Positions 1 to 10,953 of a stretch of DNA of 64,000 bases are shown in pieces. The position numbers and the translations under genes are program-made. The notes below the pieces were generated by a model that saw only the letters and a program-made list of their open reading frames with translations, did no database searches and was not told where the DNA came from. Source of the DNA: Campylobacterota bacterium (lineage in GTDB: Bacteria; Campylobacterota; Campylobacteria; Campylobacterales; Thiovulaceae). Each line of letters starts with the position of its first letter. The stretch's first letter is position 1. The stretch lies in assembly GCA_030152305.1 (NCBI GenBank), contig JASKOM010000010.1:10797-74796 (forward strand), given 5' to 3'.

Positions 1-2681
1 GATTATTGTTGCCATTTAAATAGACATACTGAAGAGCAACATCAGAAGCAAAAGTTGATAACTTTGTGATTGCTGTGCTACCAAGCTGTAATTGATATAA
101 AGATTTCAACGAAGAAACAGCTGATATATCCACCAGATTACTTAAATTCCATAATCCTAAATAACCTATTTTTGTTGATTTAACAAAAGACAAATCTTTT
201 ATATTTGAGTTGTCGTTTAAATTTAAACTTGTTAATTCTTTTAGATTCGCAATTGGTGAAAAATCAGTAATCGAACTGCCTTGAATACTTAGAGAGTGTA
301 AAGCTGTTAGTTTGCCAATAGATTGAACAGAAGATAATTTGTTTTGATTGTCATAAATACCCAAACTTGTTAAACCACTGTTTTTTTCTAAAGCTGAAAG
401 ATTATTAACAGAAGACCATTCTAAATATACATATCTAAGCGATGTTACATTTGATAAACCAGAAATATCTGAAAGATTTGCAAGACTATTAACATGAAAA
501 GTTTGTAAGTTTTTTAATCTTGATAAGTCAGGTAGGCTTGTAATTAAATAATTCCAACCATATTCATATAACCTCATATATGTTAGCTTAGTCATTTCGG
601 ATAAAGCAGATATATCTGTCAATTTAGTTATAGAACCATAAACATTTAAATATTCCAATGTCTGAATAACAGGCAATTTTGTTAGATTTGTTTCATTACC
701 AGAATAAATCGTAAGTTGTGTTAGCTTTGGAAGTTCAGACAATTCTGAAAAATCAGAAACTTTTGATGAATTAAAATAGACAGAATTTAAGTTTCGTAAC
801 TGTTTAATGCCTGTAATATCATTTACACTATTTGGAATAGTAATATCTGTGATCGAATCATATTGTTGAATTGTTGGCTCATCTGTTGGTGATAAATTAA
901 GCCGACTTCTGATTACTGACATTAACGATTCGTTTTCAACAATTGGAAAATCTCGCATTAAGTCTTGTTTCATTTCAACACCGTTATATTCGCCATATGT
1001 TTTAACTTCTAAATCAGAAATATAATTTCCATTTAAATTTAAATATTGGAATTTCGAAATAAGACCGCGTAAAACACCAAGAGCTGAAAGTTCATTATTC
1101 TCAAGATTAAGCGAACTTAACGAATTCATTTGTGAAATTGCTGAAATATCTTTAAGTTTGTTGTTTTTTGCCTCAAGTTTGATGAGGTTTTTTAATCCCG
1201 AAAGCGATGAAATATCTTCAACGAGATTTTTGCTAAGATCAAGTGTTCGGAGATTTTTTAAATTTGCCAAAAGCGATAAATCTTTGATTTTGTTATCTGT
1301 TAAATCAAGATTTTCTAAATTTGTTAATTTATCGATTCCTATTAAACTTTCAATTCCTGAACCAATACAAGACAATTCTTTAATCGAAGCTAATTGTTCA
1401 GCAGTTGGTTGTTCGCTATCAGTTAAACCTAATTTGCTATTAATACAGCTTTGCATTGAAACGAAAGAGCCGATAACTAATCTAACCTCTTTTGAAACTA
1501 AACCGTCTTCATCGGTAACAACAGCTGTGAAAACTCCACGATCGCCATATAATTTTGCTTCAGCCGAACCGTTTTGATCGATTCTAAAATCGCTACTTGT
1601 GAATGTATAAGTTAATTTATCACCAACTTGACCATCTGGATCGTTTCCAATAACGGTAACTTCGTGATAATCTTTTTGATCGTCATAAGTATGATCTTTA
1701 AATGTTTCGACATATGGAACAAAAAGAAGATTTACTCCAACATCTGAACCATAAACTCTGATAACGATACTGTGTGTTACATCACCAACTTGTAAGTCAA
1801 ACTTAGAAGCTCCATTTATCCATTGAGAGATATTGGATTTATCGATATTAAATCTTTTTAAGATTTTTCCATCATTAATAACATTGCCAAGTTTTCCAGT
1901 GAAATAGCTATCGTTTTTATCAGTGCTTAAGTTGTAATCAACAAAATATTTAATTAGGCTTTTTGCATTATCATTTTTTGCAGATAATGTATATATTGAG
2001 TCAGCATTAATATTGTCTTTTTTATCAAAGCCAAAATCTAAATAGACACGATTTTCTTTATTTGCTCGATCAATATCAGTAATTTTTGTAACTTGTGCAA
2101 CATCAACTGAATTTATATATTCCATATTAAATATTAAAGTTTTTGGAGTGTTGATTAAAAAAGAGCTTTCTTCAAATACTTGAGTTCCTATAAATCTATC
2201 TTCTTTTGAACCGTTGTAATCAAATGAAACTTCGAATTTAAGCGGTTTAGAAAAATTTACCTCATCAGAAATATTTGTTTCTGTGCCATTTATATAGTTA
2301 TCTTCTGTTAAATAATAATAAACTTGACTTGTATTAGCATCAAAACCTTCTTTTAACTGTTTTGTAACAATAAGTTCAGTTTTATCAGAATTGACTTCAT
2401 AAATAGAAACACTGATATTTTGATCAGCCAGATTTTGGTTTGAAAGCTTAAAGCTAGTAGGTAGCTTTTTAGTCGCTTTTATGTTATTTGGTGTTACTTC
2501 AGAAATAACATCGCCGTCAGCATTAATAAGAAACTTAAAGCTGTAAGCTCTTTTTGTTTCTTCAATTGGAGTAGTTAAGGAAGTGTTACTTCCACCCCCC
2601 CCCCCCGCAACCTGTCATAGAACCTACCAACAAAGCAGATGCAACAGATGAGAGGAAATAACTATTTAGTTTGTTTTTCAT
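1..2681 (-). CDS. Leucine-rich-repeat (internalin-like) surface lipoprotein. The signal peptide is out of frame with the body at a G12 tract. The 3' end lies outside the window.
   Basis: Manual minus-strand translation. ATG at 2681 gives MKNKLNSYFLSSVASALLVGSMTGC (lipobox), then GGGG-WK-stop. A second frame is open from 2593 to position 1 (>860 codons). It encodes an Ig-like N-terminal part followed by LxxLxLxxNxIxDIS repeats (e.g. LENLDLTDNKIKDLSLLANLKNLRTLDLSKN). It is absent from the ORF track because it runs off the edge. Confidence 0.65.
2595..2606. repeat. Homopolymeric C12 tract (G12 on the coding strand) immediately after the lipobox Cys codon
   Basis: Counted directly: tccaCCCCCCCCCCCCgcaa. 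It is the only long G/C homopolymer seen in the window. Confidence 0.9.
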
Positions 2682-2816
2682 AAATAGACCGATCCTAAAA
2701 AAGTATTTCTTAAGTTTTGCTTAAGATGTGAATTTGATTTATTTTTCACAGTTAATATTATCGGACATTTATTAAATCAATTAAACTCTTATAGCTAAAA
2801 CTTAAGGGCTTGAGTT

Positions 2817-2825
2817 TGGTAAAAT
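2817..2825 (+). promoter_or_regulatory. Extended -10 promoter element TGGTAAAAT upstream of proS
   Basis: TGnTAnAAT lies 34 nt upstream of the TTG start. The same element and spacing occur upstream of typA, rppH and the 56207 gene. Confidence 0.4.
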
Positions 2826-2858
2826 TCGCACATCTAATAAAAAAAATAAGGCATAAAA

Positions 2859-4583
2859 TTGAGATTCTCACGGGCTTATATTCCAACATCAAAAGAAATT
2901 CCAAACGATGCAGTTCTACCTAGTCATATTTTATTGGTTAGAGCTGGTTATATTAAAGGTGTCGCAAGTGGTTTATATAATTTTTTACCACTTGGCAAAA
3001 AAAGTCTCGACAAAATTCGAGCAATTGTAAAAGAAGAACTTGATCGTTCAGGTTGTCAAGAAGTTGATTTACCGTTTGTTACTCCAGCTGAATTATGGGA
3101 AGAAAGCGGTCGAATTGCAAAATTTGGCAAAGAACTTTTAAGATTTCGAGATCGAAAAGATGGTTTGTTCGTTCTTGGTCCAACTCACGAAGAGATGATG
3201 GTCGCGCTTGTTCGACATCAATTAAATAGCTATAAACAACTTCCACAAAATTTATATCAAATTAAAACTAAGTTTCGAGATGAAGCTCGTCCTCGATTTG
3301 GACTTATGCGAGGTCGCGAATTTATCATGAAAGATGGCTATTCTTTTCATGAAAATGAAAATGATATGAAACGAGAATTTTATTTAATGCAAGAGACTTA
3401 TAAACGAATATTTATAAGATTAGGTTTAGATTTTCGAGTTGTTGAAGCTGATAGCGGTGCAATTGGTGGAAGTGGAAGTCGTGAATTTATGGTTATTGCA
3501 AATAGCGGTGAAGATACTCTTGCTGTTTGTAATTCTTGTGATTACGGTGCAAATATCGAAACTGCAAAACGACGACCTCATCAACAAGAAAATATCGATC
3601 AAATCGAAATGGAATTTGCAAAATTTAAAACTCCTGATATCAAAACGATTGATGATCTCGCTAAATTTTTTCATGTTCCAGATTGGTTTATCGCTAAAGC
3701 CGTTGTGAAAAAAGCCATTTATGAAAACGGTTCGAAAATTGCAATATTCTTTGTTCGAGGTGGCGATGAGGTCGAAGAGAAAAAAGCTATCAATTCGATT
3801 AATGCTCTTGAACTTGTTGATCCAACTATTGAAGAAATCGAAAATGCTGGATTACATGCTGGTTTTATCGGTTTATTAAATTTGCCACAAAATGAAAATA
3901 TAGTTAAAGTAATTGACTTAGAATTAAAAAATGCTGAACCAATAATCACAGGTGCAAATGAACCAGATTTTCATTATATTGGTGTTTCGTTGAAAAATTT
4001 ACCAGATGATAAAAATAAATTTGCTGATTTGATTCGAGTTAAAGAAGGCGATAAATGTCTGCATTGTGAAAATGGTTCGTTGATTTATAAACGAGGTATC
4101 GAAGTTGGGCATATTTTTCAGCTTGGCACAAAATATTCTGAACCGCTTGGAGCTAATTTTTTAGATCGCGATGGCAAATCTCGACCAATGGTTATGGGAA
4201 CTTATGGAATTGGTGTTAGTCGTTTATTATCGGCAATCGTTGAACAAAGTCATGACGAAAACGGAATTGTTATGCCTTTAGCTGTTGCACCGTATAAAAT
4301 TAATATTTTAGTTTCGAATATAAAAAATAGCGATGAATTAGCTTTTGGTGAAAATATTTATTCGAACCTCATCGCAAAAAATATCGAAACGATTATCGAC
4401 GATCGAAATGAAAGATTCGGTTTTAAAATTAGAGATGCTGAATTAATCGGGTTTCCATATACTTTAATTATTGGCAAAAGTCTCGCAAATGGCAAAGTTG
4501 AAATTCTCGATCGTAAAAAAGCTGTTAAATTCGAAATCGATTCTGATCAGGCTTTAAATAAAATTCTGGAGCTTGTTGAGTGA
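2859..4583 (+). CDS. proS: Prolyl-tRNA synthetase
   Basis: 574 aa. Class II aaRS motifs are present (FRDEARPRFGLMRGREF, GHIFQLGTKYS, MGTYGIGVSR), along with an editing insertion and a C-terminal anticodon-binding domain. Confidence 0.95.
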   Translation: MRFSRAYIPTSKEIPNDAVLPSHILLVRAGYIKGVASGLYNFLPLGKKSLDKIRAIVKEELDRSGCQEVDLPFVTPAELWEESGRIAKFGKELLRFRDRKDGLFVLGPTHEEMMVALVRHQLNSYKQLPQNLYQIKTKFRDEARPRFGLMRGREFIMKDGYSFHENENDMKREFYLMQETYKRIFIRLGLDFRVVEADSGAIGGSGSREFMVIANSGEDTLAVCNSCDYGANIETAKRRPHQQENIDQIEMEFAKFKTPDIKTIDDLAKFFHVPDWFIAKAVVKKAIYENGSKIAIFFVRGGDEVEEKKAINSINALELVDPTIEEIENAGLHAGFIGLLNLPQNENIVKVIDLELKNAEPIITGANEPDFHYIGVSLKNLPDDKNKFADLIRVKEGDKCLHCENGSLIYKRGIEVGHIFQLGTKYSEPLGANFLDRDGKSRPMVMGTYGIGVSRLLSAIVEQSHDENGIVMPLAVAPYKINILVSNIKNSDELAFGENIYSNLIAKNIETIIDDRNERFGFKIRDAELIGFPYTLIIGKSLANGKVEILDRKKAVKFEIDSDQALNKILELVE

Positions 4584-4996
4584 TATATTTTATTTTATAT
4601 CTACTGTTTGAAGTTTTAATATCCGTTGAAGTAGCTTCGCTAATCGGCGGATTAAATACTTTTTTGGAAATTATCGTTAGTGCTTTGCTTGGCATTTTAT
4701 TATTAAAAAATTTCGGTGCAACTGTGCTTTTTAATTTGTCTGAATTTATGGGTGGCGGAATGTCGCTCACAACTTTTAAAAATCGAAATTTATTCCCATT
4801 TATTGGAGCTATTTTATTAATAATTCCAGGGTTTTTAAGTGATTTAATCGGTTTGCTTTTGCAATTAAATTTTATAACTGATTTTATTAGCGAAAACGAA
4901 GATGAGAAAAAAAAGTTTAATCAAAATAATCATGCACAAACAGAAATTAGACGAGATGACAACAGCGATTTTATCGACATAAATAGTTTAAGATAA
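4580..4996 (+). CDS. fxsA: FxsA-family small membrane protein
   Basis: 138 aa with 3 predicted TM helices and an FxsA-like N-terminus (EVLISVEVASLIGGLNTFLEIIVSALLG). The GTG start overlaps the proS stop (GTGA). Confidence 0.55.
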   Translation: MIYFILYLLFEVLISVEVASLIGGLNTFLEIIVSALLGILLLKNFGATVLFNLSEFMGGGMSLTTFKNRNLFPFIGAILLIIPGFLSDLIGLLLQLNFITDFISENEDEKKKFNQNNHAQTEIRRDDNSDFIDINSLR

Positions 4997-5004
4997 GAAA
5001 TAAA

Positions 5005-6228
5005 ATGAAAAAAAATTTAAAAAAAGAATTAATATTTTCTTTTATGCTTGTTCAAACTCCTCTTGTTGCTGAAAATGATATTTGGAATGGACTTGAAAAA
5101 CTTTTTTATCGGACTTATGAAAAATTAAAAGACAATAATAAAACCGTAAATTATGACTGTCCGTTCAAAAGTAAAGATGACCAAAATGATGAACTTCAAG
5201 ATCGATGGGAAGGTTTTATAAATTTATCTGAAAATGCAATTGGTAAAATTAATAAATTAGATGAGGTAAAAATCGAAAAATCTTGGGTTCCTTTATTGGA
5301 TACTCGTGAAAGTTTAAACGGTGATATTAATTCGATTTTAGATGATTTATTAATTGCTCTTTCTGGTGATACTCGAGTTATGGAATGCATGAATAAAATG
5401 CGAGATATTAATCGAGAAATTTTAATCGAACGAGATGCTTTAACTAAAATTAGCGAAAGATCAATTGCAAAAATAAGTGAAGCTGATCGAAATGAATCGA
5501 AAATAAGATTTGAAAAAATAGATGTTTTAAATGAACATTTAGCAAATATTCGTTCAAGTCTTTTAATTGAACTTAAAAACTTAGGTTTAGATATGCCAGA
5601 TGAAGATCTTGAAAAAATTCTCATGCGAATCGATTCGTCAGATATTATTCAAGTTATGGTAATTTTTGATATTTCTAAAAAAATAACTAGTAAGCTTGAA
5701 GATTTAATTAAAAATGACAGCAATAATATAAAATTATCAAAAAGATATTACGGAATGAATCTCGTTTTGTCAAAAATTGCTTTGCATGTTCAAGATCAAT
5801 ATAAAATAGCTTTAACGACAAATTATATTCCTAAGTTGCAAACAATGGTAAATAATTTAAATTCGCTTTTAGTTGAAACTGAAAATTTATTAAAAGAAAG
5901 CAAAACTCAATATGAACGAGAAATATATTCTAATAATTTAAAAGCTCAAAAATTAAGTATTGAAACTGCAAGTTTATATGCAAAAAATCTACAAAAACAG
6001 CTTCAACAAGTTGAAGAAGGTCGCGAACAGGCTATGAATAATTTGAAATTAACTTCAAATAGTTATAAAACTCTTCAGGCTGGTGTCAGTTTGTTGGATG
6101 TTATCAAAGAAACCCAAAATAGCTTTTCGTCAATCATGAAAATTCAATTGCCTGAAATTATTCCGTTTAAAAATTTGCAAATGGAACAGGAATATCACAA
6201 AATAACTGAAGAGTTGCGAGATAAATAG
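5005..6228 (+). CDS. Hypothetical secreted coiled-coil protein
   Basis: 407 aa ORF with an N-terminal signal-like segment and long heptad-rich K/E/L sequence. The stop abuts the next start (TAGATG). No family was recognised. Confidence 0.5.
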   Translation: MKKNLKKELIFSFMLVQTPLVAENDIWNGLEKLFYRTYEKLKDNNKTVNYDCPFKSKDDQNDELQDRWEGFINLSENAIGKINKLDEVKIEKSWVPLLDTRESLNGDINSILDDLLIALSGDTRVMECMNKMRDINREILIERDALTKISERSIAKISEADRNESKIRFEKIDVLNEHLANIRSSLLIELKNLGLDMPDEDLEKILMRIDSSDIIQVMVIFDISKKITSKLEDLIKNDSNNIKLSKRYYGMNLVLSKIALHVQDQYKIALTTNYIPKLQTMVNNLNSLLVETENLLKESKTQYEREIYSNNLKAQKLSIETASLYAKNLQKQLQQVEEGREQAMNNLKLTSNSYKTLQAGVSLLDVIKETQNSFSSIMKIQLPEIIPFKNLQMEQEYHKITEELRDK

Positions 6229-7512
6229 ATGAAACGAGTTTTTTTTAAAACTTTCGGTTGTCGAACGAATATTTTTGATACCGAAGTTATGATAAAAAAT
6301 TTAGACAATTCTGAATTTATGCATGTTGAAAATCCAGAAATTGCTGATTTTATCGTTGTTAATTCTTGCACTGTTACAAATTCGGCTGATAGCAATGTTC
6401 GGCAATATGTTAATCGAGCAAAACGAGATTTTCCACATGCTGAAATTATTTTTACAGGTTGCGGAATCGCTGGTGAAGGTTTAAAATTATTTGATTCTGG
6501 AATCGTCAAAATGGCTTTTGGACATTCTGAAAAAGAAAATATAAAAACTATTTTATTAAATAACGAACGAAAATATATTATTAATGATTTAAATCATCTT
6601 GATAAAACTATTGTTGATAATTTTTCGAGTCGAAGTCGAGCTTTTATTAAAATTCAAGAAGGCTGTAATTTTAAATGTTCATATTGCATTATTCCGTCAG
6701 TTCGTGGTAATGCGAGAAGTTATAAAAAAGAGCATATATTAGAACAAGTTAGAAAATTAGCAGGAAATGGTTTTGGTGAAATTGTTTTAACGGGAACAAA
6801 TATTGGAAGTTATGGCGATTCTCGAAATAGTTTGGCAATGTTAATTCGCGAAATTTCTCAAATTCGAGGAGTTCGAAGAATTCGTTTGGGCAGTGTTGAA
6901 CCAAGTCAAATTACAGCTGATTTTATCGAAATGCTTGATGAAAAATTTTTAGGCAAATATTTACATGTTGCGATTCAATATTCGAATGATCAAATGTTAA
7001 AAATTATGAATCGTCGAAATCGAGTTGAAAGCGATTTGAAATTATTTGATAAATTATATTCTCACGGTTTTGCAATTGGAACGGATTTTATCGTTGGTCA
7101 TGTTGGTGAAACCGATGAAATTTTTAATGATGCTCTTAAAAAATTAAATGATTATCCTTTGACTCATATTCATCTTTTTAAATATAGTCGTCGCGATGGC
7201 ACAGCTTCAGCAAATATGAATTTTAAAGAAATTCATCCTGATCTTGTTCGAGAACGATTTGATTTAATCGACGACCTCATCAAAGTTAAAAGTGAAAAGT
7301 TTCGCGATGAGGTGATAAATAAAAAAACTGTTTTAAATGTTCTGTTCGAAAAAGAGATCGAAAAAATAGATGAATTTGCAATTTATGAAGGTTATGATCA
7401 ATATTTTTTTCCAGTAAAAATAAAAAGTAAAGAATCTCTTGAAGGTTATTGGGCAGAAATAAATGATTATAATTGGAAAAATGATTATAATTGGAAAAAT
7501 GATTTAAGTTAG
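6229..7512 (+). CDS. mtaB: Radical-SAM methylthiotransferase (MiaB/MtaB family)
   Basis: UPF0004 N-domain (FKTFGCRTNIFDTE), radical-SAM CNFKCSYCIIP, and GTNIGSYG. The C-terminus has a tandem NDYNWK-NDYNWK duplication. Confidence 0.7.
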   Translation: MKRVFFKTFGCRTNIFDTEVMIKNLDNSEFMHVENPEIADFIVVNSCTVTNSADSNVRQYVNRAKRDFPHAEIIFTGCGIAGEGLKLFDSGIVKMAFGHSEKENIKTILLNNERKYIINDLNHLDKTIVDNFSSRSRAFIKIQEGCNFKCSYCIIPSVRGNARSYKKEHILEQVRKLAGNGFGEIVLTGTNIGSYGDSRNSLAMLIREISQIRGVRRIRLGSVEPSQITADFIEMLDEKFLGKYLHVAIQYSNDQMLKIMNRRNRVESDLKLFDKLYSHGFAIGTDFIVGHVGETDEIFNDALKKLNDYPLTHIHLFKYSRRDGTASANMNFKEIHPDLVRERFDLIDDLIKVKSEKFRDEVINKKTVLNVLFEKEIEKIDEFAIYEGYDQYFFPVKIKSKESLEGYWAEINDYNWKNDYNWKNDLS

Positions 7513-7520
7513 GAATAAAA

Positions 7521-10289
7521 ATGTATAGCGAAGCAGAAATAAAAGCTATTGTAGAAGAAAATAGACTTTTAAAACAATGTAAGTTTGTTGTTGATGATTT
7601 TTTAATTATCACAAGAACAAATCCAGCTGGAATTATTACTTATGTTAATAAAAGTTTTATAAATATTAGCGAATATTCAGCAGATGAACTTGTAGGACAT
7701 AATCATAATATTGTTAGACATCCTGATATTTCAAAAAGTTTTTTCAGAGCGTTGTGGCATAAAATAAAAGTTCGCAAAGAAATATGGCGAGGAGTTGTAA
7801 GAAATTTATCAAAAAGTGGAAAAACTTATTATGTAGAATCTTATATTGCTCCCATTTTTGATGAACACGGCGAAGTTCTAGAATATATTTCACTTAGAAA
7901 AGATATTACAAAACGAGTTGAACGAGAAATCGAAATAAATAGTGAAAAGAAATTTGTTACAGATATTCTTGATTCTCAAGATAGCATAATTTTATTAACT
8001 ACTGAAGCTCAAGGCATGTTATATGTAAATCAGAAATTTTTTGATTATGTTGAATTTGCTACGATTGAAGAATTTAAACAAAATTTTAAATGTGTTGGTG
8101 AAATGTTTATTCCTGATAATAATTTAATTTTTAGTTATGCAATTGATTGGATCGAATATATTCATAATAATAGTGATAAAGTTCACAAAGCAAAATTAGT
8201 CGGTAAAAACGGTAAAGTTCATTATTTTTCTATTAGAGTTAATAAACTTCAAGCATCAAAAAGTAGAATTAAGCAATATAATCTTGATGAAAAACATCCT
8301 TATTTGTATTTAATGACATTGTCTGAAATTACAGATCTTGAAATTGCTCTTCAAAAAGCAAAAGCTGGAATGGATGCAAAAAGTCGGTTCTTAGCAAATA
8401 TGAGTCATGAAATTAGAACACCATTAAATGGCATTTTAGGTTTCACTGAATTAATGCGAAAAAGTCAATTAGATTCTGATCAAGAAAAATATGTAAATAC
8501 GATTTCAAGTAGTAGCAAAACTTTATTAGGCATTATTAATGATATTCTCGATTTTTCAAAAGTTGAAAGTGGTAATTTAAGTCTTGAATATATTAAATTT
8601 AGTCCTGTTCATGAATTTGAACCTGCTTTGAATTTATTTAATGCAAAAATGCTTGAAAAACGAATTAAATATTTATTGTTTATTGATCCAATGCTTCCAA
8701 AATGGCTTGTTCTTGATCCATTGAGAATTAAACAAGTTATTTCAAATCTTGTTGGAAATGCTATTAAATTTACTCCTGAAAATGGAAAAGTAGCTATTGA
8801 TATTAGTTATAAACGAAATCCAAAAGGTCGTGATATCGAATTATTATTTAGTGTCGAAGATAGAGGAATTGGAATTTCTCCTGAACAACAAAAACGAATT
8901 TTTACTCCATTTTCTCAAGCTGACGAAAGCACAACTCGTAAATTTGGCGGAACAGGTTTAGGTTTATCGATTAGCAAAAGTTTCATCGAATTAATGGGTG
9001 GCAAATTAAACTTAGAAAGTGAAATCGGTGAAGGCAGTAAGTTCTCGTTTAATATTCCAAATATCGAAGCATCACACGAAAAAAGTGTTGAAACTCGCTG
9101 GTTTTCTGGTATCGAAACGATTATTTATGAACCTAAGTTTTCGATTGTGCAAGATGAGGTCGAATTATTAACGAAATATTTATTGGCTTTTGGTTTAACT
9201 GTTAAATTAGAAAGCGATTTTTCACAACTTCATCTTTCACGGTTAGTTTGGATTTTTTCAGCAACAATTCCAGAAGGTGCTTTGCATGAAATAAAAAATA
9301 TTGCAGAAAAAACTCCTGTTATATTTATCGAAAATTATAATATTAAAAATAGTCATAAATTTGGTTCTGGAATAAAAAGAGTTCAATTGCCGTTTAATAT
9401 GTCTTCGATTTATGATGTTCTTATTAATGGATTGCAAATTAAATTAGAAAATGAACTGTTAGAAAATTCAAAAAAAGGCACTTTGCATTTTGAAAATTTA
9501 TCGATTCTCGTTGCCGAAGATAACGATGTTAATCAAATGTTTATCGAGATTTTGTTAAAAGGTTACGGATTAGAAACTGATATCGTTGAAAATGGCGAAA
9601 TGGCTATTCAAAAAGCATTAGAAAAAAAATATGATTTAATTTTAATGGATATAAATATGCCAATTCTTGGCGGTATTGAAGCAACTCATGGAATTCGCAA
9701 AAACGGAATTAATGGCGATAAAATTCCAATTATTGCTTTAACGGCTAATGCAATGGTTGGCGATCGCGAACGATTTATATCTGAAGGCATGGACGATTAT
9801 TTAACAAAACCGATCGATATAAAAGATCTCGAGCGAATATTAATTAAATATTTGTCTAATACGGCAGTTAAAAATAGTAATAAAAATATATCTAATATTG
9901 TTAATAATGTTGAAAAAATTGAGAAAGAGAAAATTATGTTAGAAGTTCCTGTAAATAGTTTTGAGCAAATTTCAAAAGCTGTAATTTCAAAAGAATTAGG
10001 CTTACCTGAAATGTTCGTTAATAAATTAGTTAGTAAATTTATAGATAGTTTAGAAGCTGGTGTTCGTGATGTCGAAAATGCAATTTCGAATAAAAATTGT
10101 GAAGATATTAAAAACTTCGCTCATAAATTAAAAGGCTCGTCGGCAAATTTAAGATTTAAATATCTTGCTGAAATCATGAAATCGATTGAATATGCTGGAA
10201 AAGATTGCAAAACTGACGGCTATGAAAGTTTAGTTGAAGCCATGAAAAATGAAGTTGCCGTTGTTAAAAGTTTTGCTAGTAAAAAATAA
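7521..10289 (+). CDS. PAS-domain hybrid sensor histidine kinase with receiver and HPt domains
   Basis: PAS (NHNIVRHPD...WRGVVRN), H-box MSHEIRTPLNG, N-box NLVGNAIKFT, G-boxes DRGIGI and GGTGLGLSI. Receiver: ILVAEDNDVNQ...DLILMDINMP...KP. HPt: HKLKGSSANL. Confidence 0.9.
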   Translation: MYSEAEIKAIVEENRLLKQCKFVVDDFLIITRTNPAGIITYVNKSFINISEYSADELVGHNHNIVRHPDISKSFFRALWHKIKVRKEIWRGVVRNLSKSGKTYYVESYIAPIFDEHGEVLEYISLRKDITKRVEREIEINSEKKFVTDILDSQDSIILLTTEAQGMLYVNQKFFDYVEFATIEEFKQNFKCVGEMFIPDNNLIFSYAIDWIEYIHNNSDKVHKAKLVGKNGKVHYFSIRVNKLQASKSRIKQYNLDEKHPYLYLMTLSEITDLEIALQKAKAGMDAKSRFLANMSHEIRTPLNGILGFTELMRKSQLDSDQEKYVNTISSSSKTLLGIINDILDFSKVESGNLSLEYIKFSPVHEFEPALNLFNAKMLEKRIKYLLFIDPMLPKWLVLDPLRIKQVISNLVGNAIKFTPENGKVAIDISYKRNPKGRDIELLFSVEDRGIGISPEQQKRIFTPFSQADESTTRKFGGTGLGLSISKSFIELMGGKLNLESEIGEGSKFSFNIPNIEASHEKSVETRWFSGIETIIYEPKFSIVQDEVELLTKYLLAFGLTVKLESDFSQLHLSRLVWIFSATIPEGALHEIKNIAEKTPVIFIENYNIKNSHKFGSGIKRVQLPFNMSSIYDVLINGLQIKLENELLENSKKGTLHFENLSILVAEDNDVNQMFIEILLKGYGLETDIVENGEMAIQKALEKKYDLILMDINMPILGGIEATHGIRKNGINGDKIPIIALTANAMVGDRERFISEGMDDYLTKPIDIKDLERILIKYLSNTAVKNSNKNISNIVNNVEKIEKEKIMLEVPVNSFEQISKAVISKELGLPEMFVNKLVSKFIDSLEAGVRDVENAISNKNCEDIKNFAHKLKGSSANLRFKYLAEIMKSIEYAGKDCKTDGYESLVEAMKNEVAVVKSFASKK

Positions 10290-10932
10290 TTTTTTGAAAA
10301 AATCAAAGCTTTTTATAATTATATTTTTATTATTTAATTTAAAAGCAGAGCAAAACTCGATCGGAATCGGAATTATCGATTCTGTTAATTCTAAACAAGA
10401 AAATAAAATTTTTGCAGTTCCTCTTGTTAATTGGCAAATCGATAAATTTTATTTCAAAGGAATAAAATTGGGTTATGCTCCAGTTAGAGGTTTTGATTTA
10501 TTTTTACAGCCAAATTTTGCCGAACAGGGCGATAGTCTTGAAACTGGTTTTTCGCTTGGCTATCGTTTTTTTAATTTAAATGTCGAATTAAATAATATTT
10601 TTTATACGGCTGGAATGGGCAACGGTTGGCGAACAGTTTTGAAAATTTCAAAACCTGTTATTTTCGATTCGTTAATCACGATTCCGTCGTTTTTAATCGA
10701 AAGTCCAGATCGAGCTTACTTGCATTATCACTATCCAACTCTCCAAAAATCCGAACGATCAATAATTACAAATTTTGGCTTTTCATCTATGAATATTTAT
10801 AATTTAAATGCTGATTATGGTATTTCGTTTTTATTAAATATTCAATTTCTTGATAAAAAACTTGTTGATTTGCCTGAAGTTGAAAATGGCTGGACATCTT
10901 TCGGATTTGTCTCATTTTTTAAAAAATTTTAA
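10249..10932 (+). CDS. Putative outer-membrane protein (MipA/OmpV-like beta-barrel)
   Basis: Signal-like N-terminus, alternating beta-strand pattern, C-terminal aromatic residue (FFKKF). The more likely start is TTG at 10294 (LKKSKLFIIIFLLFNLKA). Confidence 0.4.
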   Translation: MKLPLLKVLLVKNNFLKKSKLFIIIFLLFNLKAEQNSIGIGIIDSVNSKQENKIFAVPLVNWQIDKFYFKGIKLGYAPVRGFDLFLQPNFAEQGDSLETGFSLGYRFFNLNVELNNIFYTAGMGNGWRTVLKISKPVIFDSLITIPSFLIESPDRAYLHYHYPTLQKSERSIITNFGFSSMNIYNLNADYGISFLLNIQFLDKKLVDLPEVENGWTSFGFVSFFKKF

Positions 10933-10953
10933 AATTAAATATAAAGGATTTAT

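Noticed and set aside
1158-1577. 139-aa plus-strand ORF in the track
   Set aside because: It lies antisense to the long, repeat-structured LRR reading frame. Its sequence is low-complexity (S/L/F/K-rich), typical of a shadow ORF in AT-rich DNA.
7441-7512. 18-nt tandem duplication (NDYNWK x2) at the 3' end of the methylthiotransferase gene
   Set aside because: It is real but a trivial two-copy duplication in a non-conserved C-terminal tail, with no indication of function.
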